DNA of 64,000 nucleotides, from the IMG/VR virus record IMGVR_UViG_3300020445_001256, positions 1-64,000 of that record; one strand, 5' to 3'. The stretch comes from a virus. Below the pieces are notes generated by a model. The model was not told where the DNA came from and ran no database searches. It saw only the letters and a program-made list of their open reading frames with translations. The position numbers and the translations under genes are program-made. Positions 8,740 through 18,728 of the stretch are shown here, piece after piece. Numbering within the stretch: position 1 is the stretch's first letter; each line of letters begins with the position of its first letter.

Positions 8740-11700
8740 ATGTCACTAACTAGACTCAAGAATATTATTACGTCCAGAACAGGACGTATCATATATGTTA
8801 ACCCTGACGATTTCGATGCTTCTGATGCTATTGATAACAGGGGAAACTCAGCATTGCGTCCTTTTAAGACATTGCAACGAGCATTTCTTGAGGTAGCAAG
8901 ATTCTCATATAGAGTTGGATTAGCAAACGACGAATTTGATGCCTTCAGCATCATGCTATATCCTGCAGAATATATTATTGATAATCGTCCTGGTGAAGTT
9001 CTTTATACTAATATTCCCCCTATAGATGCTAACTCTAACTTAGATTTAACATCTGCTAATAATGTCCTATACAAATATAACTCAGTCGAAGGTGGTGTTA
9101 TTGTACCTAGAGGTTGCTCTGTTGTTGGTACAGACCTTAGAAGAACTAAAATAATTCCAAAATATATACCATATCCTACTACCTTTACTCAAGGTGGTAT
9201 TCTTAACGAAGCACAAGTTCCACCTAGAACAGCAATCTTCAAGGTAACTGGTGGTACTTACTTCTGGCAATTCTCATTCTTTGATGGTGCAGAAGAAGGT
9301 GTATACTACAAACCAGATTCTACAGACACACTCGCTCCTAAGTTCTCTCATCATAGACTTACATGTTTTGAGTTTGCTGATGGTTTAAATCCATTATCAT
9401 CTCTTATATCCGATGGTAATGTTCCTAATGCAGATTATTCTGCTGTTCCTAATATACTTTCAAGAACTGACCTAGACATATACTATCAGAAAGTATCTAA
9501 AGCATTCGCAACAATTCCTGATACATCTGGTGATCCATCTGCTGACCAAATTCAGGCAAGGGTAGAAGAAAATAGAATCGTTGGTCCTATATCTGATGAA
9601 TATAAAGTTTCTACTATTATTAGAAATGGACAAACTGCTACAGCATATACTGTAGATGAGGCGGGTGGTGCAAGAGCACACGGATTCTCTGTTGGTGTTA
9701 ATATTAATATTTCTGGTGTTACTGGTTCACAAGGTCCATCTTCCGAACTTGATGCTGGACTTTATAATGGTTCATTCACTGTTACATCTGCAACGAATAG
9801 CACATTCACATATCAGATGTCAGCAGAACCTTCTGGTACTGCTAGTGGAACTAATATATCAGTTAAGACTGAGATTGATACTGTTGACTCAGCATCACCT
9901 TATGCTTTCAACCTATCACTAAGAAGTGTATGGGGTATGAATGGTATGCACGCTGATGGTGCGAAATCAACTGGTTTCAAATCAATGGTTGTGGCACAGT
10001 TTACTGGACTATCACTACAGAAAGATGATAGAGCATTTGTAAGATATAACGCATCAACTGGTAACTATGACGTAGCAACTGATGGAGATGGTGCTCACTT
10101 AGATGGATTTGCTGAGTATAGAAAGGGATGGGGTCATAGACATATATTAGCATCTAATGACGCATTTATTCAGGCAGTTTCTGTGTTCGCTGTTGGATTC
10201 CAAGGACACTTTACAGCACTTAATGGTGCTGACATGTCAATTACTAACAGTAATAGTAACTTTGGTAGTATTGCACTTAGATCTGCTGGATTTAAGAAGA
10301 AGTCATTCTCTAAAGATAAGGCAGGTACACTAACTCACGTTATACCACCTAAAGCACTTAATGTTATTTCAACAACTGCTACAGGAGTAAGTGGTGGTAA
10401 CTCAATTACACTTACTAATGATGGTAGTGTTAATGGTGTGATTGAAGGAATGGTTGTTTCAGGAGTAGGAATTGCTGCTGGAACGTTAGTTCAAAACATT
10501 AATGTAAATACAAGGGTTATAACTTTATCTACTACTAACACTGCAACTGTTAATGGTAATGTTATCTTTGGTGAAGAGACTTCTATTAACTGGGTTAACG
10601 TTGATATTCAAAGAACTAGAACTATTAACCAACAGTTAGGACAGGTTGGTGGAACTCCTGGAACTAGATTGTATCTATATGGTTATACTGTAGAAGCATC
10701 TCCACCTACAACTAGAGTTCAGGGTTATACAGTTGGTGCTAGACAAGATGGTGTCGGAGCAAGTGCTGTGGCAGATAAAATTAACTGTCTATTGATTCCA
10801 TCTCAAGGTTCAGAAGCAGAAATTAAATCAGCAAGTATTACACCTTATGGTCCTAGTGTATCTGGTGTTGCTGCTGGTACTTCTGGATCACCATTACAAT
10901 TTGATAGTTCAACATATACTATTAATGGTGTTGCAGGAACTGTTGGTGGTTGGTATCTATCTGTTAGTGCAACTAACAATGGAATATATAATGTTCTTGA
11001 TACTAATACAACAACTTATCAGAATGTTAACTTTACACCTACTACATTCCTTAAGAGAATACCTGACCCAAGAGACTTACAAGATAGAACATATCGTGTT
11101 CGCTTAGAAATTGATAAAGATAAGACTAATCCATTACCAAGAGATCCTATTTCTGGTTATGTATTACAACCATTGAATAGTGATACTACAGCATATTCAT
11201 TAGATAAGTGTTTCTATGTTTATGATATTGAAGTAGTTCAAGTATGGGAGCGAGGTGTTAAGAATGGTATCTATTACATAACACTTCTTTGTGCATCTAT
11301 CGCACCTTCAACTTCTAACTTCAATGATAGGAAGTTCTCTCAGAATGTTAATGAGGTTTATCCTACATTTGATAGAGATAATCCAATCGCAGACCCAACA
11401 GAAGCAGTATCTGTTGCTGATAATGAAACTATTGGATTGGTTAATGCAACTGATGGTGCTACACCTACACCTAATTTGGATCCAAAACTTTCTATCACTA
11501 AGGAAGCAACTAAATTCTTGCTAGGTGATAGTGGATGGACAAATCCAGGTACTACTCCAAACTATGACTCTGTAAACAATAGATTATCTAGTGTAGAACT
11601 TACTGCTCGTGCTGGTGATGAAGAGACAAGAAAGATTAATATAAGAGAAAATAATGATGGAACGGTTAATCCTATTGCTGTTGAGTTTAGACGACACTCA

Positions 11701-12723
11701 ATTCTAAGATCAGGTAACCATACGTTTGAGTATCTCGGTTTTGGTCCAGGTAACTATTCAACTGCATTCCCTCAGACTCAAGTTGAGACTTTATCAAGTA
11801 ATCAGGTTAAGTTCTCTCAGTCTATTAAAGAAGAAGCAGGTGTTGCTTTCTACTCTGGTCTTAACTCTAATGGTGACCTATTCATTGGTAACCAGGTTAT
11901 TAACCCAGTTACAGGTCAGGTTACAAACGAAGATATTGCACAGTTGAATGTTATTGGTGAAGAAAACACAACTATCGAAACATTCTCTGAGGTTGTTCTT
12001 ACTGATAAACTAACTGTAATTGGTGGAGCATCCAACCAGTTAGAATCTATCTTTGCTGGTCCTGTTACATTCCAAGGTTTAACAACCTTTACAAGTAACT
12101 TACAGTCTAAGAAGATCTCATACTTTAACCAAGATGGTACTGTTATTAAGCAGACATTACTTGCACCTAGACTTGCGAATGGTTTACCTGACTTCTCTAA
12201 TATCACAGGGTATGATACTCCTGCTGATGGTGACTTAGTTTATGATATTAATTGGCAACCAGGTTTATCTCTTGGATGGATATATTATGGGCAAGCATGG
12301 AAAGAATTTGGTTTAACTGATACTGGTAATATTAATATTGCTACAGATGGCACAGGTAATATTGGTTTAGGTGAAGCAGCACAATCAGGAGAAAGAGTAA
12401 GAGTTAATGGTAATGTAAGAGTTGACGGTGACTTAGTTGTTACTGGTCGAGGTGGTGTTTCTGCTGATAAGTATGTCACTAGGAGATACGTTGGTGATGG
12501 AACAACTCTTAACTTCGCTGTTACCACTTATACAGGTGGTGTAGCACATACCGCAAGTTCAGTATTAGTATTCTTAAATGGTGTTGCACAAATTGGTGGA
12601 ACTACTGCTCAAGTTACTGCTTCTACTGCTAACTACTCATGTAGTGGTACTAATGTAACATTTGGATCAGGTGATGCTCCTTTAGCAGCAGACACTGTTC
12701 ACATTGTTGAGTTACCTATCTAA
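8740..12723 (+). CDS. Large virion structural / tail fibre-spike protein (1327 aa)
   Basis: N-terminus 'MSLTRLKN..IIYVNP.DFDASD..GNSALRPFKTLQRA' typical of cyanomyovirus fibre-like proteins; ATAAATA at 8709-8715. Confidence 0.75.
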   Translation: MSLTRLKNIITSRTGRIIYVNPDDFDASDAIDNRGNSALRPFKTLQRAFLEVARFSYRVGLANDEFDAFSIMLYPAEYIIDNRPGEVLYTNIPPIDANSNLDLTSANNVLYKYNSVEGGVIVPRGCSVVGTDLRRTKIIPKYIPYPTTFTQGGILNEAQVPPRTAIFKVTGGTYFWQFSFFDGAEEGVYYKPDSTDTLAPKFSHHRLTCFEFADGLNPLSSLISDGNVPNADYSAVPNILSRTDLDIYYQKVSKAFATIPDTSGDPSADQIQARVEENRIVGPISDEYKVSTIIRNGQTATAYTVDEAGGARAHGFSVGVNINISGVTGSQGPSSELDAGLYNGSFTVTSATNSTFTYQMSAEPSGTASGTNISVKTEIDTVDSASPYAFNLSLRSVWGMNGMHADGAKSTGFKSMVVAQFTGLSLQKDDRAFVRYNASTGNYDVATDGDGAHLDGFAEYRKGWGHRHILASNDAFIQAVSVFAVGFQGHFTALNGADMSITNSNSNFGSIALRSAGFKKKSFSKDKAGTLTHVIPPKALNVISTTATGVSGGNSITLTNDGSVNGVIEGMVVSGVGIAAGTLVQNINVNTRVITLSTTNTATVNGNVIFGEETSINWVNVDIQRTRTINQQLGQVGGTPGTRLYLYGYTVEASPPTTRVQGYTVGARQDGVGASAVADKINCLLIPSQGSEAEIKSASITPYGPSVSGVAAGTSGSPLQFDSSTYTINGVAGTVGGWYLSVSATNNGIYNVLDTNTTTYQNVNFTPTTFLKRIPDPRDLQDRTYRVRLEIDKDKTNPLPRDPISGYVLQPLNSDTTAYSLDKCFYVYDIEVVQVWERGVKNGIYYITLLCASIAPSTSNFNDRKFSQNVNEVYPTFDRDNPIADPTEAVSVADNETIGLVNATDGATPTPNLDPKLSITKEATKFLLGDSGWTNPGTTPNYDSVNNRLSSVELTARAGDEETRKINIRENNDGTVNPIAVEFRRHSILRSGNHTFEYLGFGPGNYSTAFPQTQVETLSSNQVKFSQSIKEEAGVAFYSGLNSNGDLFIGNQVINPVTGQVTNEDIAQLNVIGEENTTIETFSEVVLTDKLTVIGGASNQLESIFAGPVTFQGLTTFTSNLQSKKISYFNQDGTVIKQTLLAPRLANGLPDFSNITGYDTPADGDLVYDINWQPGLSLGWIYYGQAWKEFGLTDTGNINIATDGTGNIGLGEAAQSGERVRVNGNVRVDGDLVVTGRGGVSADKYVTRRYVGDGTTLNFAVTTYTGGVAHTASSVLVFLNGVAQIGGTTAQVTASTANYSCSGTNVTFGSGDAPLAADTVHIVELPI

Positions 12724-12751
12724 ATATAAGGGAGGGTCTTTTTAATACGCT

Positions 12752-13174
12752 ATGGCAATATCAAGGATTAGTGGAAATCAGATCTCCACTTCAACAGCAG
12801 CAATTATTACAACTTTGAGTTTTTTAAGCACTAACAGTGTTTTTAGATTACCTGCAGGTACTACTGCTCAAAGACCAACAAGTGTTAGTATAGGAACACT
12901 AAGGTTTAATACTACATTAGACGCTGCAGAAATATACAAAGCAGATGATGGCACTGGAAGTGCTGGATGGGCATCTGTATCTGGTGGAGGTCCAGCTATA
13001 GGAACTGATAGTGTTGTTAGGACAAATCCTAACACTATAGGAGAAAATCTTACAATTGGTCCTACAGCAAATAATGGTAATGAATACGCAAATGGAATGA
13101 CGGCAGGTCCAATAACGGTGAGCACAGGTTTCACGGTCACCGTAGAGTCAGGGGCTTCCTGGAGTATAGTATAA
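12752..13174 (+). CDS. Small fibre-associated protein with docking module
   Basis: Contains 'LPAGTTAQRP..GTLRFNT..EIY'; CTAAATA upstream. Confidence 0.7.
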   Translation: MAISRISGNQISTSTAAIITTLSFLSTNSVFRLPAGTTAQRPTSVSIGTLRFNTTLDAAEIYKADDGTGSAGWASVSGGGPAIGTDSVVRTNPNTIGENLTIGPTANNGNEYANGMTAGPITVSTGFTVTVESGASWSIV

Positions 13175-14223
13175 TGGAATTAAAAGTAAACACTATTCGT
13201 GGTCTGTCTCCTAATTTCAGAACCGACGTAGTGGATACTCTTGAGATGGGTGCTGAAGTAAAGTTACTCAATCAACAGTATCTTCCCGTACCTGCAGGTG
13301 GTGGAGGAACTAGACCACCAGCAGCACAAGATGGTGCTATACGTTTTAATACCGACAGTAATAAGATGGAATATTATGTTGGTAATGGATGGCAAGTAGT
13401 AACGGATATTGATACTTCTGATCCTGGTGGTGGATCATCTGGTCCATATGTTTCTGTTGATGCTCCTACTAATAGAGTAGAATGTTTCTGGGATGGTGCT
13501 CCTGCAAATGTTTCTGGTAATACATGGGCATCATCACAAGCACACCCCAATGTATCTAATGCTGACTGCATAATGCAGAATAGTCCTACTTGGAACTCAT
13601 CAATTACTGGTGGTGATGGAACTATGGGATATTGGAACTTTAATGGATCTAGTCATTATGGTTACATTAGAGAACTTAACTATAGTCAAGGTGGACAACA
13701 TGGACCTAATAACAATGGTCAGTTGTCAGAATTTACTATGGGAACTTGGTTTAGAACTACTTACGGTTCACCAGGTGGTAATAGTTGGGACTCTGGAAAC
13801 TGGTCATGGTTAGACTGGGATAGATCAGAAGTTCTATCATGGAACATTGGAACAACTGGAAAGGTACAGTTCTCTGGTTATAGTAATGCTGGTGGTTATT
13901 ATGATATAACTGGTAATACATCATGTAATGATGGTAACTGGCACTTTGGTGCTTGCACTGTATCATCTGCTGATGGTCAAATAAGATTTTATGTTGATGG
14001 ACAACCTGATGGTAGTCATAGTCATAGTTTCTCATACTTTGGGGCAAGAACTAGACGTTGGGGATTCATTGGAGATGGTTCAGAAGCAGGTGGAGAAAAT
14101 GGTTCTAGAAACAATGTTTACTATGAAGGTGACATAGCACAGCAATTCTTATTATCAGTTAAGTGGACTGATGCACAAGTATTAGATCATTACACTAAAA
14201 CTAGAACAAGGGTAGGTGTATAA
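13174..14223 (+). CDS. Fibre/adhesin: docking module plus LamG/concanavalin-like lectin head
   Basis: 'YWNFNG', 'FTMGTWF', 'DGNWHF..T..IRFYVDG', 'YEGDIA' LamG pattern. Confidence 0.75.
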   Translation: MELKVNTIRGLSPNFRTDVVDTLEMGAEVKLLNQQYLPVPAGGGGTRPPAAQDGAIRFNTDSNKMEYYVGNGWQVVTDIDTSDPGGGSSGPYVSVDAPTNRVECFWDGAPANVSGNTWASSQAHPNVSNADCIMQNSPTWNSSITGGDGTMGYWNFNGSSHYGYIRELNYSQGGQHGPNNNGQLSEFTMGTWFRTTYGSPGGNSWDSGNWSWLDWDRSEVLSWNIGTTGKVQFSGYSNAGGYYDITGNTSCNDGNWHFGACTVSSADGQIRFYVDGQPDGSHSHSFSYFGARTRRWGFIGDGSEAGGENGSRNNVYYEGDIAQQFLLSVKWTDAQVLDHYTKTRTRVGV

Positions 14224-14480
14224 TGAGTCAGATTAAACTTGGAAAATTACAGGGAACAGCAACGAATCTTAATCAGATTACTATTGAACCTGGGTATACA
14301 CTAAGAATAGCATCTGAAGGTACTATAGATATGGTAGGAACTGGTGCATTTCAGTTACCTAGTGGCACTACTGCTCAACGTCCTGCTTCACCACAGGCAG
14401 GTTACATGCGTTGGAATACAACTACTACTGAAGCAGAATTTTATAATGGAACTGAATGGAAGAATCTATCTGAAGAATGA
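14223..14480 (+). CDS. Head-less fibre module protein (docking module only)
   Basis: 85 aa; ends right after 'LPSGTTAQRP..GYMRWNT..EFYNGTEW'. Confidence 0.7.
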   Translation: MSQIKLGKLQGTATNLNQITIEPGYTLRIASEGTIDMVGTGAFQLPSGTTAQRPASPQAGYMRWNTTTTEAEFYNGTEWKNLSEE

Positions 14481-15571
14481 GCACTATTAACGTCAACGAA
14501 CTAAGAGGACACGAGACCACTGATTTCAGGGTTCAGATGCCTAGTGATGCTTATATTAATGTTACTGGGACACTTGAAGTTGAGTCTGGGTCAGCACAAT
14601 TTTGTTTACCAAAAGGAACTACTGGTCAAAGACCAACTAGTCCTGCTGCTGGTATGATAAGATATAATACTGATACATCTCAATTAGAATGGTATAACGG
14701 AACAGAATGGAAAGTAAAGGGTGGACCTGTTGCTGCTCCAGATGATGAGGGTGATGGTGGAGGAGAAGAAGAACCCGCAGCACCATATACTGATCTTGAT
14801 ACAGCAGATAGTAATATACAATGTTTTTGGGATGGTGCTCCAGAATGGACAAGTGGTAGTACATGGAAAACTAAGAAATGTCATCCTAATTTAAGTAATG
14901 CTGATTGTGAAATGCAGAACAGTCCTACCTATACTTCAAGTGTAAGTGGTGGTGATGGATCTATTGGATATTGGAACTTTAATGGATCTAACCAGTATGG
15001 TTGGATAAGAGACTTAAATTTTGGTAGTAGTGGATCACATGGTCCTAATAATAATGGTCGGTTATATCAATTTACACAAGGTTGTTGGTTTAGAACTTCA
15101 TATGGATCACCAAACTCAGGTGGAGGTTATGACTTTGATAACTGGTCATGGTATGACTGGGATAGATCTGAAGTTATAGGTTGGAACATTGGTCAGCATG
15201 GCAAACTACAATTTGCTGGTAGTTCTAACAGCACTTGTTGTTATGATATTGTAAGTAACACACCTGCAAATGATGGTAGTTGGCATTTTGGTGTTTGTAC
15301 TGTTAATAATGCTAGTAGTAGTAACAACATAAGATTTTATCTTGATGGTGCTTTAGATGGAACCCATAGTTATAGTTTCTCATACTTTGGAAATGGTTCA
15401 AGACGTTGGGGATTTATAGGAGATGGTTCTGAAGCAACAAGTAATAATGGTGGTAGAAACAGTATTTACTATGAGGGTGATATTGCTCAACTTTTCTTGT
15501 TTGAAGAAGTGTGGAGTGATGCAAAAGTATTAGAACATTATACTAAGACGAGAACTCGTTTCGGAGTATAA
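14477..15571 (+). CDS. Fibre/adhesin: docking module plus LamG head (paralog of 13174-14223)
   Basis: Shares long blocks with 13174-14223 (CFWDGAP, HGPNNNG, DWDRSEV, RRWGFIGDGSEA, YYEGDIAQ, HYTKTRTR). Confidence 0.75.
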   Translation: MSTINVNELRGHETTDFRVQMPSDAYINVTGTLEVESGSAQFCLPKGTTGQRPTSPAAGMIRYNTDTSQLEWYNGTEWKVKGGPVAAPDDEGDGGGEEEPAAPYTDLDTADSNIQCFWDGAPEWTSGSTWKTKKCHPNLSNADCEMQNSPTYTSSVSGGDGSIGYWNFNGSNQYGWIRDLNFGSSGSHGPNNNGRLYQFTQGCWFRTSYGSPNSGGGYDFDNWSWYDWDRSEVIGWNIGQHGKLQFAGSSNSTCCYDIVSNTPANDGSWHFGVCTVNNASSSNNIRFYLDGALDGTHSYSFSYFGNGSRRWGFIGDGSEATSNNGGRNSIYYEGDIAQLFLFEEVWSDAKVLEHYTKTRTRFGV

Positions 15572-15574
15572 ATA
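15567..15574 (+). promoter_or_regulatory. T4-type late promoter
   Basis: Exact TATAAATA. Confidence 0.75.
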
Positions 15575-15598
15575 TAAGCATAGGAGTTATAGTATAAC

Positions 15599-16432
15599 AT
15601 GGCATCTGGTAAATTAACTATAGAAACCGCAAGTTCAACCGTAGGTATTAATTTACCATTACATCCTGCTGAGAACTTACCTCAAGGAACAGTGGGTGAT
15701 ATTTGTTATGTTAAATCAACTAACACTGCTGGTAGTTTGTATGTTTACACACCAAATGCTGATGCTTCTGCTAATAATTGGGTAAGCACTGCTGGAGGAA
15801 CTGCTGCAGTACCAGGAACTGCTGCTAACCCTGCTTCTTCTCCTAAAGCTCTTAGAGATGCTGGTATAACTAGTGACGGGATATATTATATTGATACGGG
15901 TTCATTAGGAGTCCAACAAGTATATGTTAAGTTTGATTCGTTTGCTGGTGGTAGTATAGGTGCTACTAATGCTTGGGCATTGGTAAGTAGACACAACTCA
16001 TATTCATATAGTAGTTACAATCAATATGGATACTTAGATTCTATTGAGACAACAACCTTTGGAACTAATAGTACAAGTGGTTGGTGGATAGATCAAAATG
16101 TATCTGGTAGAGGGTGGTTGAATGATGTCAACTGGGTTTGTTATGAAGATACTGATTTAGGACAATGGGCAACTGAAGCACAATCTGCTACACTATGGCA
16201 GACTTCATTTATTAATACAACTTCATCTGGTTATCCATCTAATATAAGTTATACATTTAACTCATCATCTTGGGATGCTAGTGGTGGTGCTGTTGTATGT
16301 TGGTGTGAAGGTACTGGATGCACAGAACACATAGAAGATAATAATGGTGGTGCATGTAGTGGAACGGATAGAATTAGAAATGATAATTATGGTGGAACTT
16401 CTCTTTTAAGGTATTGGGTAGCAGTAATATAA
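15599..16432 (+). CDS. Fibre/adhesin with a fibrinogen-C-like head
   Basis: 'SPKALRDAGITSDGIYYID..QVYVKFD..AWALV' resembles the start of a fibrinogen-related domain; Cys-rich C-terminus. Confidence 0.55.
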   Translation: MASGKLTIETASSTVGINLPLHPAENLPQGTVGDICYVKSTNTAGSLYVYTPNADASANNWVSTAGGTAAVPGTAANPASSPKALRDAGITSDGIYYIDTGSLGVQQVYVKFDSFAGGSIGATNAWALVSRHNSYSYSSYNQYGYLDSIETTTFGTNSTSGWWIDQNVSGRGWLNDVNWVCYEDTDLGQWATEAQSATLWQTSFINTTSSGYPSNISYTFNSSSWDASGGAVVCWCEGTGCTEHIEDNNGGACSGTDRIRNDNYGGTSLLRYWVAVI

Positions 16433-16436
16433 TGTA

Positions 16437-16817
16437 ATGGATTTTGCGAATTTATCTGAGGATATGCTATATTCTGGCATACCTATTGACTTAGTGGCAA
16501 AAGAAATCAGAATGCTTGCTTATAATCATATGATAGACCAAGGTATTATGGAAAGTAATGCTGAGGCATTTGCTGAAGATATGCGTCAGAGTGTTTATAG
16601 GTTACAGGAGAATAAACTCGAAAAAATTACGCAGAAAAAAATTGACTCTTTAGAGTCACAGTTTGCTATAGATGTTGCAACCAAGAAGGCAATTTGTATG
16701 AATTGTAAGTTTCTTATGAAACCTGACAGCATATATAAAAAGTGTCAGAAATGTGGATGTTACATGGAACTTAAATGGAGAGTACCAGGAATGAAATGTC
16801 CTATTGATCTATGGTAA
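16437..16817 (+). CDS. Cys-rich putative metal-binding protein
   Basis: C-terminal CMNC...CQKCGC...K....KCP..LW. Confidence 0.65.
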   Translation: MDFANLSEDMLYSGIPIDLVAKEIRMLAYNHMIDQGIMESNAEAFAEDMRQSVYRLQENKLEKITQKKIDSLESQFAIDVATKKAICMNCKFLMKPDSIYKKCQKCGCYMELKWRVPGMKCPIDLW

Positions 16818-16844
16818 TAAATAACTTTATATTGGTAGAATAAA

Positions 16845-17045
16845 ATGCCCTATTTCGCTTATAAAAAATCAGGTGCTGCTGCAAATACTGGATCATCTGC
16901 TCCCGACCATGATGTTTACTGTTGTGGCAACGGAGTCTGGAGTGATGTCTATGCAGATAGAAAACTACATGACTATGCACATTCTGCAGAATTTGATGGT
17001 GGAGAAGGATGTTTAGTTGTTGAAGACTCATCATATACACCATAA
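16845..17045 (+). CDS. Small hypothetical protein (66 aa)
   Basis: Fills the gap between structural genes; coding-like composition. Confidence 0.6.
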   Translation: MPYFAYKKSGAAANTGSSAPDHDVYCCGNGVWSDVYADRKLHDYAHSAEFDGGEGCLVVEDSSYTP

Positions 17046-17049
17046 TCCT

Positions 17050-17057
17050 TATAAATA
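17050..17057 (+). promoter_or_regulatory. T4-type late promoter heading the adhesin/oxygenase run
   Basis: Exact TATAAATA. Confidence 0.8.
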
Positions 17058-17091
17058 CAACAGAACCAGAGACCATATTTGATGCCTAACT

Positions 17092-18141
17092 ATGTCTACA
17101 GTAAATGCTGGAACGCTTAATGTCACAAGTACGCTAAATCTCCCGTCTTATACAAAGACACAACGGGATGCTTTATCGCCTACTGCGGGACAAATGATTT
17201 ATAACTCAACTGATGGATCAGTTGATGTTTGGGATGGAACGCAATGGAAATCTGCTATTGGATCATCTGAGGCATTTATTCAAGCGTCAGGTGGAACTGA
17301 GTCTACGAGTGGAAATTATAAAATCCATACCTTTAATAATACTGCAACATTTGCAGTCACTGGTGCAGGTGATGAAGCAAATGGTAAAGTTGATTACCTA
17401 GTCGTTGCTGGTGGAGGAGGTGGAGGCGGTTTCGCTTCTGGTGACTTCAACAACTTTGGATCTGGTGGAGGCGGTGGTGCTGGTGGTATGCTTGCTGCTG
17501 GTGGATATAATTTTACTGTTAATGCTACATCATACCCTGTAAGTGTTGGTGGTGGAGGAACTGGAGGAACTGGTAACTCTGCTGGACAACCTGGTGGAAA
17601 TAGTACTTTTGGATCTACTGTTACTGCTACTGGCGGTGGTGGTGGAGGTCAACAGGATAAACCAGGACAACCTGGTGGATCTGGTGGTGGATCTGGAACT
17701 GATGGTGACGGATATAACCAACCTAGAGGAACAGGAGTACCTGGTCAAGGGTATCCTGGTGGTAGAGGTGCAAACTCACAGAACGGAACTTCTGGAGGTG
17801 GTGGTGGATCATCACAGGCAGGAGAAGATGGATATACACGACCAAACTCCAGACCTGCAAATGGAGGAAATGGAACTGCAAACTCAATTAGCGGTTCTTC
17901 GGTAACTTATGCAGGTGGTGGCGGTGGTGCTAATTATCCAGGTGGTCCTCACAACCCTAATGCTGGAGCAGGTGGTGGCGGTAATGGTGCTTTGTCTGCC
18001 ACTGACAGTGGTTATGCAGGTACTGATGGACTTGGAGGAGGTGGCGGTGGTGCTGCTGACCAAGATCCTCGTCAATATCCAGAACCAAAAGGCGGTAATG
18101 GCGGTAAAGGTATCGTAATTGTTAAGTATAAGTATCAGTAA
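17092..18141 (+). CDS. Glycine-rich (polyglycine-II sandwich-type) adhesin with docking module
   Basis: 'YKIHTF..VDYLVVAGGGGGG...GGKGIVIVKY' with many GGGGG runs; N-terminal 'LPSYTKTQRD..GQMIYNST..VWDGTQW'. Confidence 0.75.
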   Translation: MSTVNAGTLNVTSTLNLPSYTKTQRDALSPTAGQMIYNSTDGSVDVWDGTQWKSAIGSSEAFIQASGGTESTSGNYKIHTFNNTATFAVTGAGDEANGKVDYLVVAGGGGGGGFASGDFNNFGSGGGGGAGGMLAAGGYNFTVNATSYPVSVGGGGTGGTGNSAGQPGGNSTFGSTVTATGGGGGGQQDKPGQPGGSGGGSGTDGDGYNQPRGTGVPGQGYPGGRGANSQNGTSGGGGGSSQAGEDGYTRPNSRPANGGNGTANSISGSSVTYAGGGGGANYPGGPHNPNAGAGGGGNGALSATDSGYAGTDGLGGGGGGAADQDPRQYPEPKGGNGGKGIVIVKYKYQ

Positions 18142-18146
18142 AAACT

Positions 18147-18713
18147 ATGGCACATTTCGCAAAAATCGAGAAAAGAACTGGCACAGTCGTAGATGTTGTT
18201 GCTGTTGCTGATAGTGATACATCTACAGCAGCAGGAGTAGAGAAGGAATACATTGGTATTGCTTTCCTTCAGAAAGTATTTCCTGACACTGCTGCATTAT
18301 ATGATTGGAGACAAACATCATATAATGCTTATAAAGGTAGGCATAGAAAAGAAGTTGATGGATCCCTTGTGTGGGATACTAAAGCATGTTTCAGAAAAAA
18401 TTATGCTAGTATAGGTGGTAAGTATGATTATATGAGAGATGCTTTTATTGCACCACCTATTAATCCTAATAATCAAGTCTTGAATGAGGATACCTGTCAT
18501 TGGGATACCATAACACAGGCAAATCAAACTACAACAAATGATGGTGGACCCCTTGACTATACGGACACTTCCGACTATAGTGATAACTCTAAGTTGACTC
18601 CTGCCACGTGGGAGTGGACTAATGAGACAAAAACTTATGTCTCTAAAACTGCTCAAGTTGTAAAACCAGCAGTATATAAGTACAACTCTTCCTCTAAAAT
18701 TTGGGAAGCATGA
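18147..18713 (+). CDS. Partner of the Gly-rich fibre (MAHFA family; possible assembly factor)
   Basis: 'MAHFAKI..WRQTSYN..FRKNYA.IG..YD..DAFI.P' family, commonly found after Gly-rich phage fibres. Confidence 0.6.
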   Translation: MAHFAKIEKRTGTVVDVVAVADSDTSTAAGVEKEYIGIAFLQKVFPDTAALYDWRQTSYNAYKGRHRKEVDGSLVWDTKACFRKNYASIGGKYDYMRDAFIAPPINPNNQVLNEDTCHWDTITQANQTTTNDGGPLDYTDTSDYSDNSKLTPATWEWTNETKTYVSKTAQVVKPAVYKYNSSSKIWEA

Positions 18714-18728
18714 ACCCCCTAATGTATT

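Noticed and set aside
13174-15571. Diversity-generating retroelement (TR/VR) explanation for the LamG pair
   Set aside because: Both copies are full coding genes, the differences are not adenine-specific, and there is no reverse transcriptase in the window.
17400-18110. GGT/GGA microsatellite or collagen
   Set aside because: These are codons for polyglycine stretches with no Gly-X-Y periodicity.
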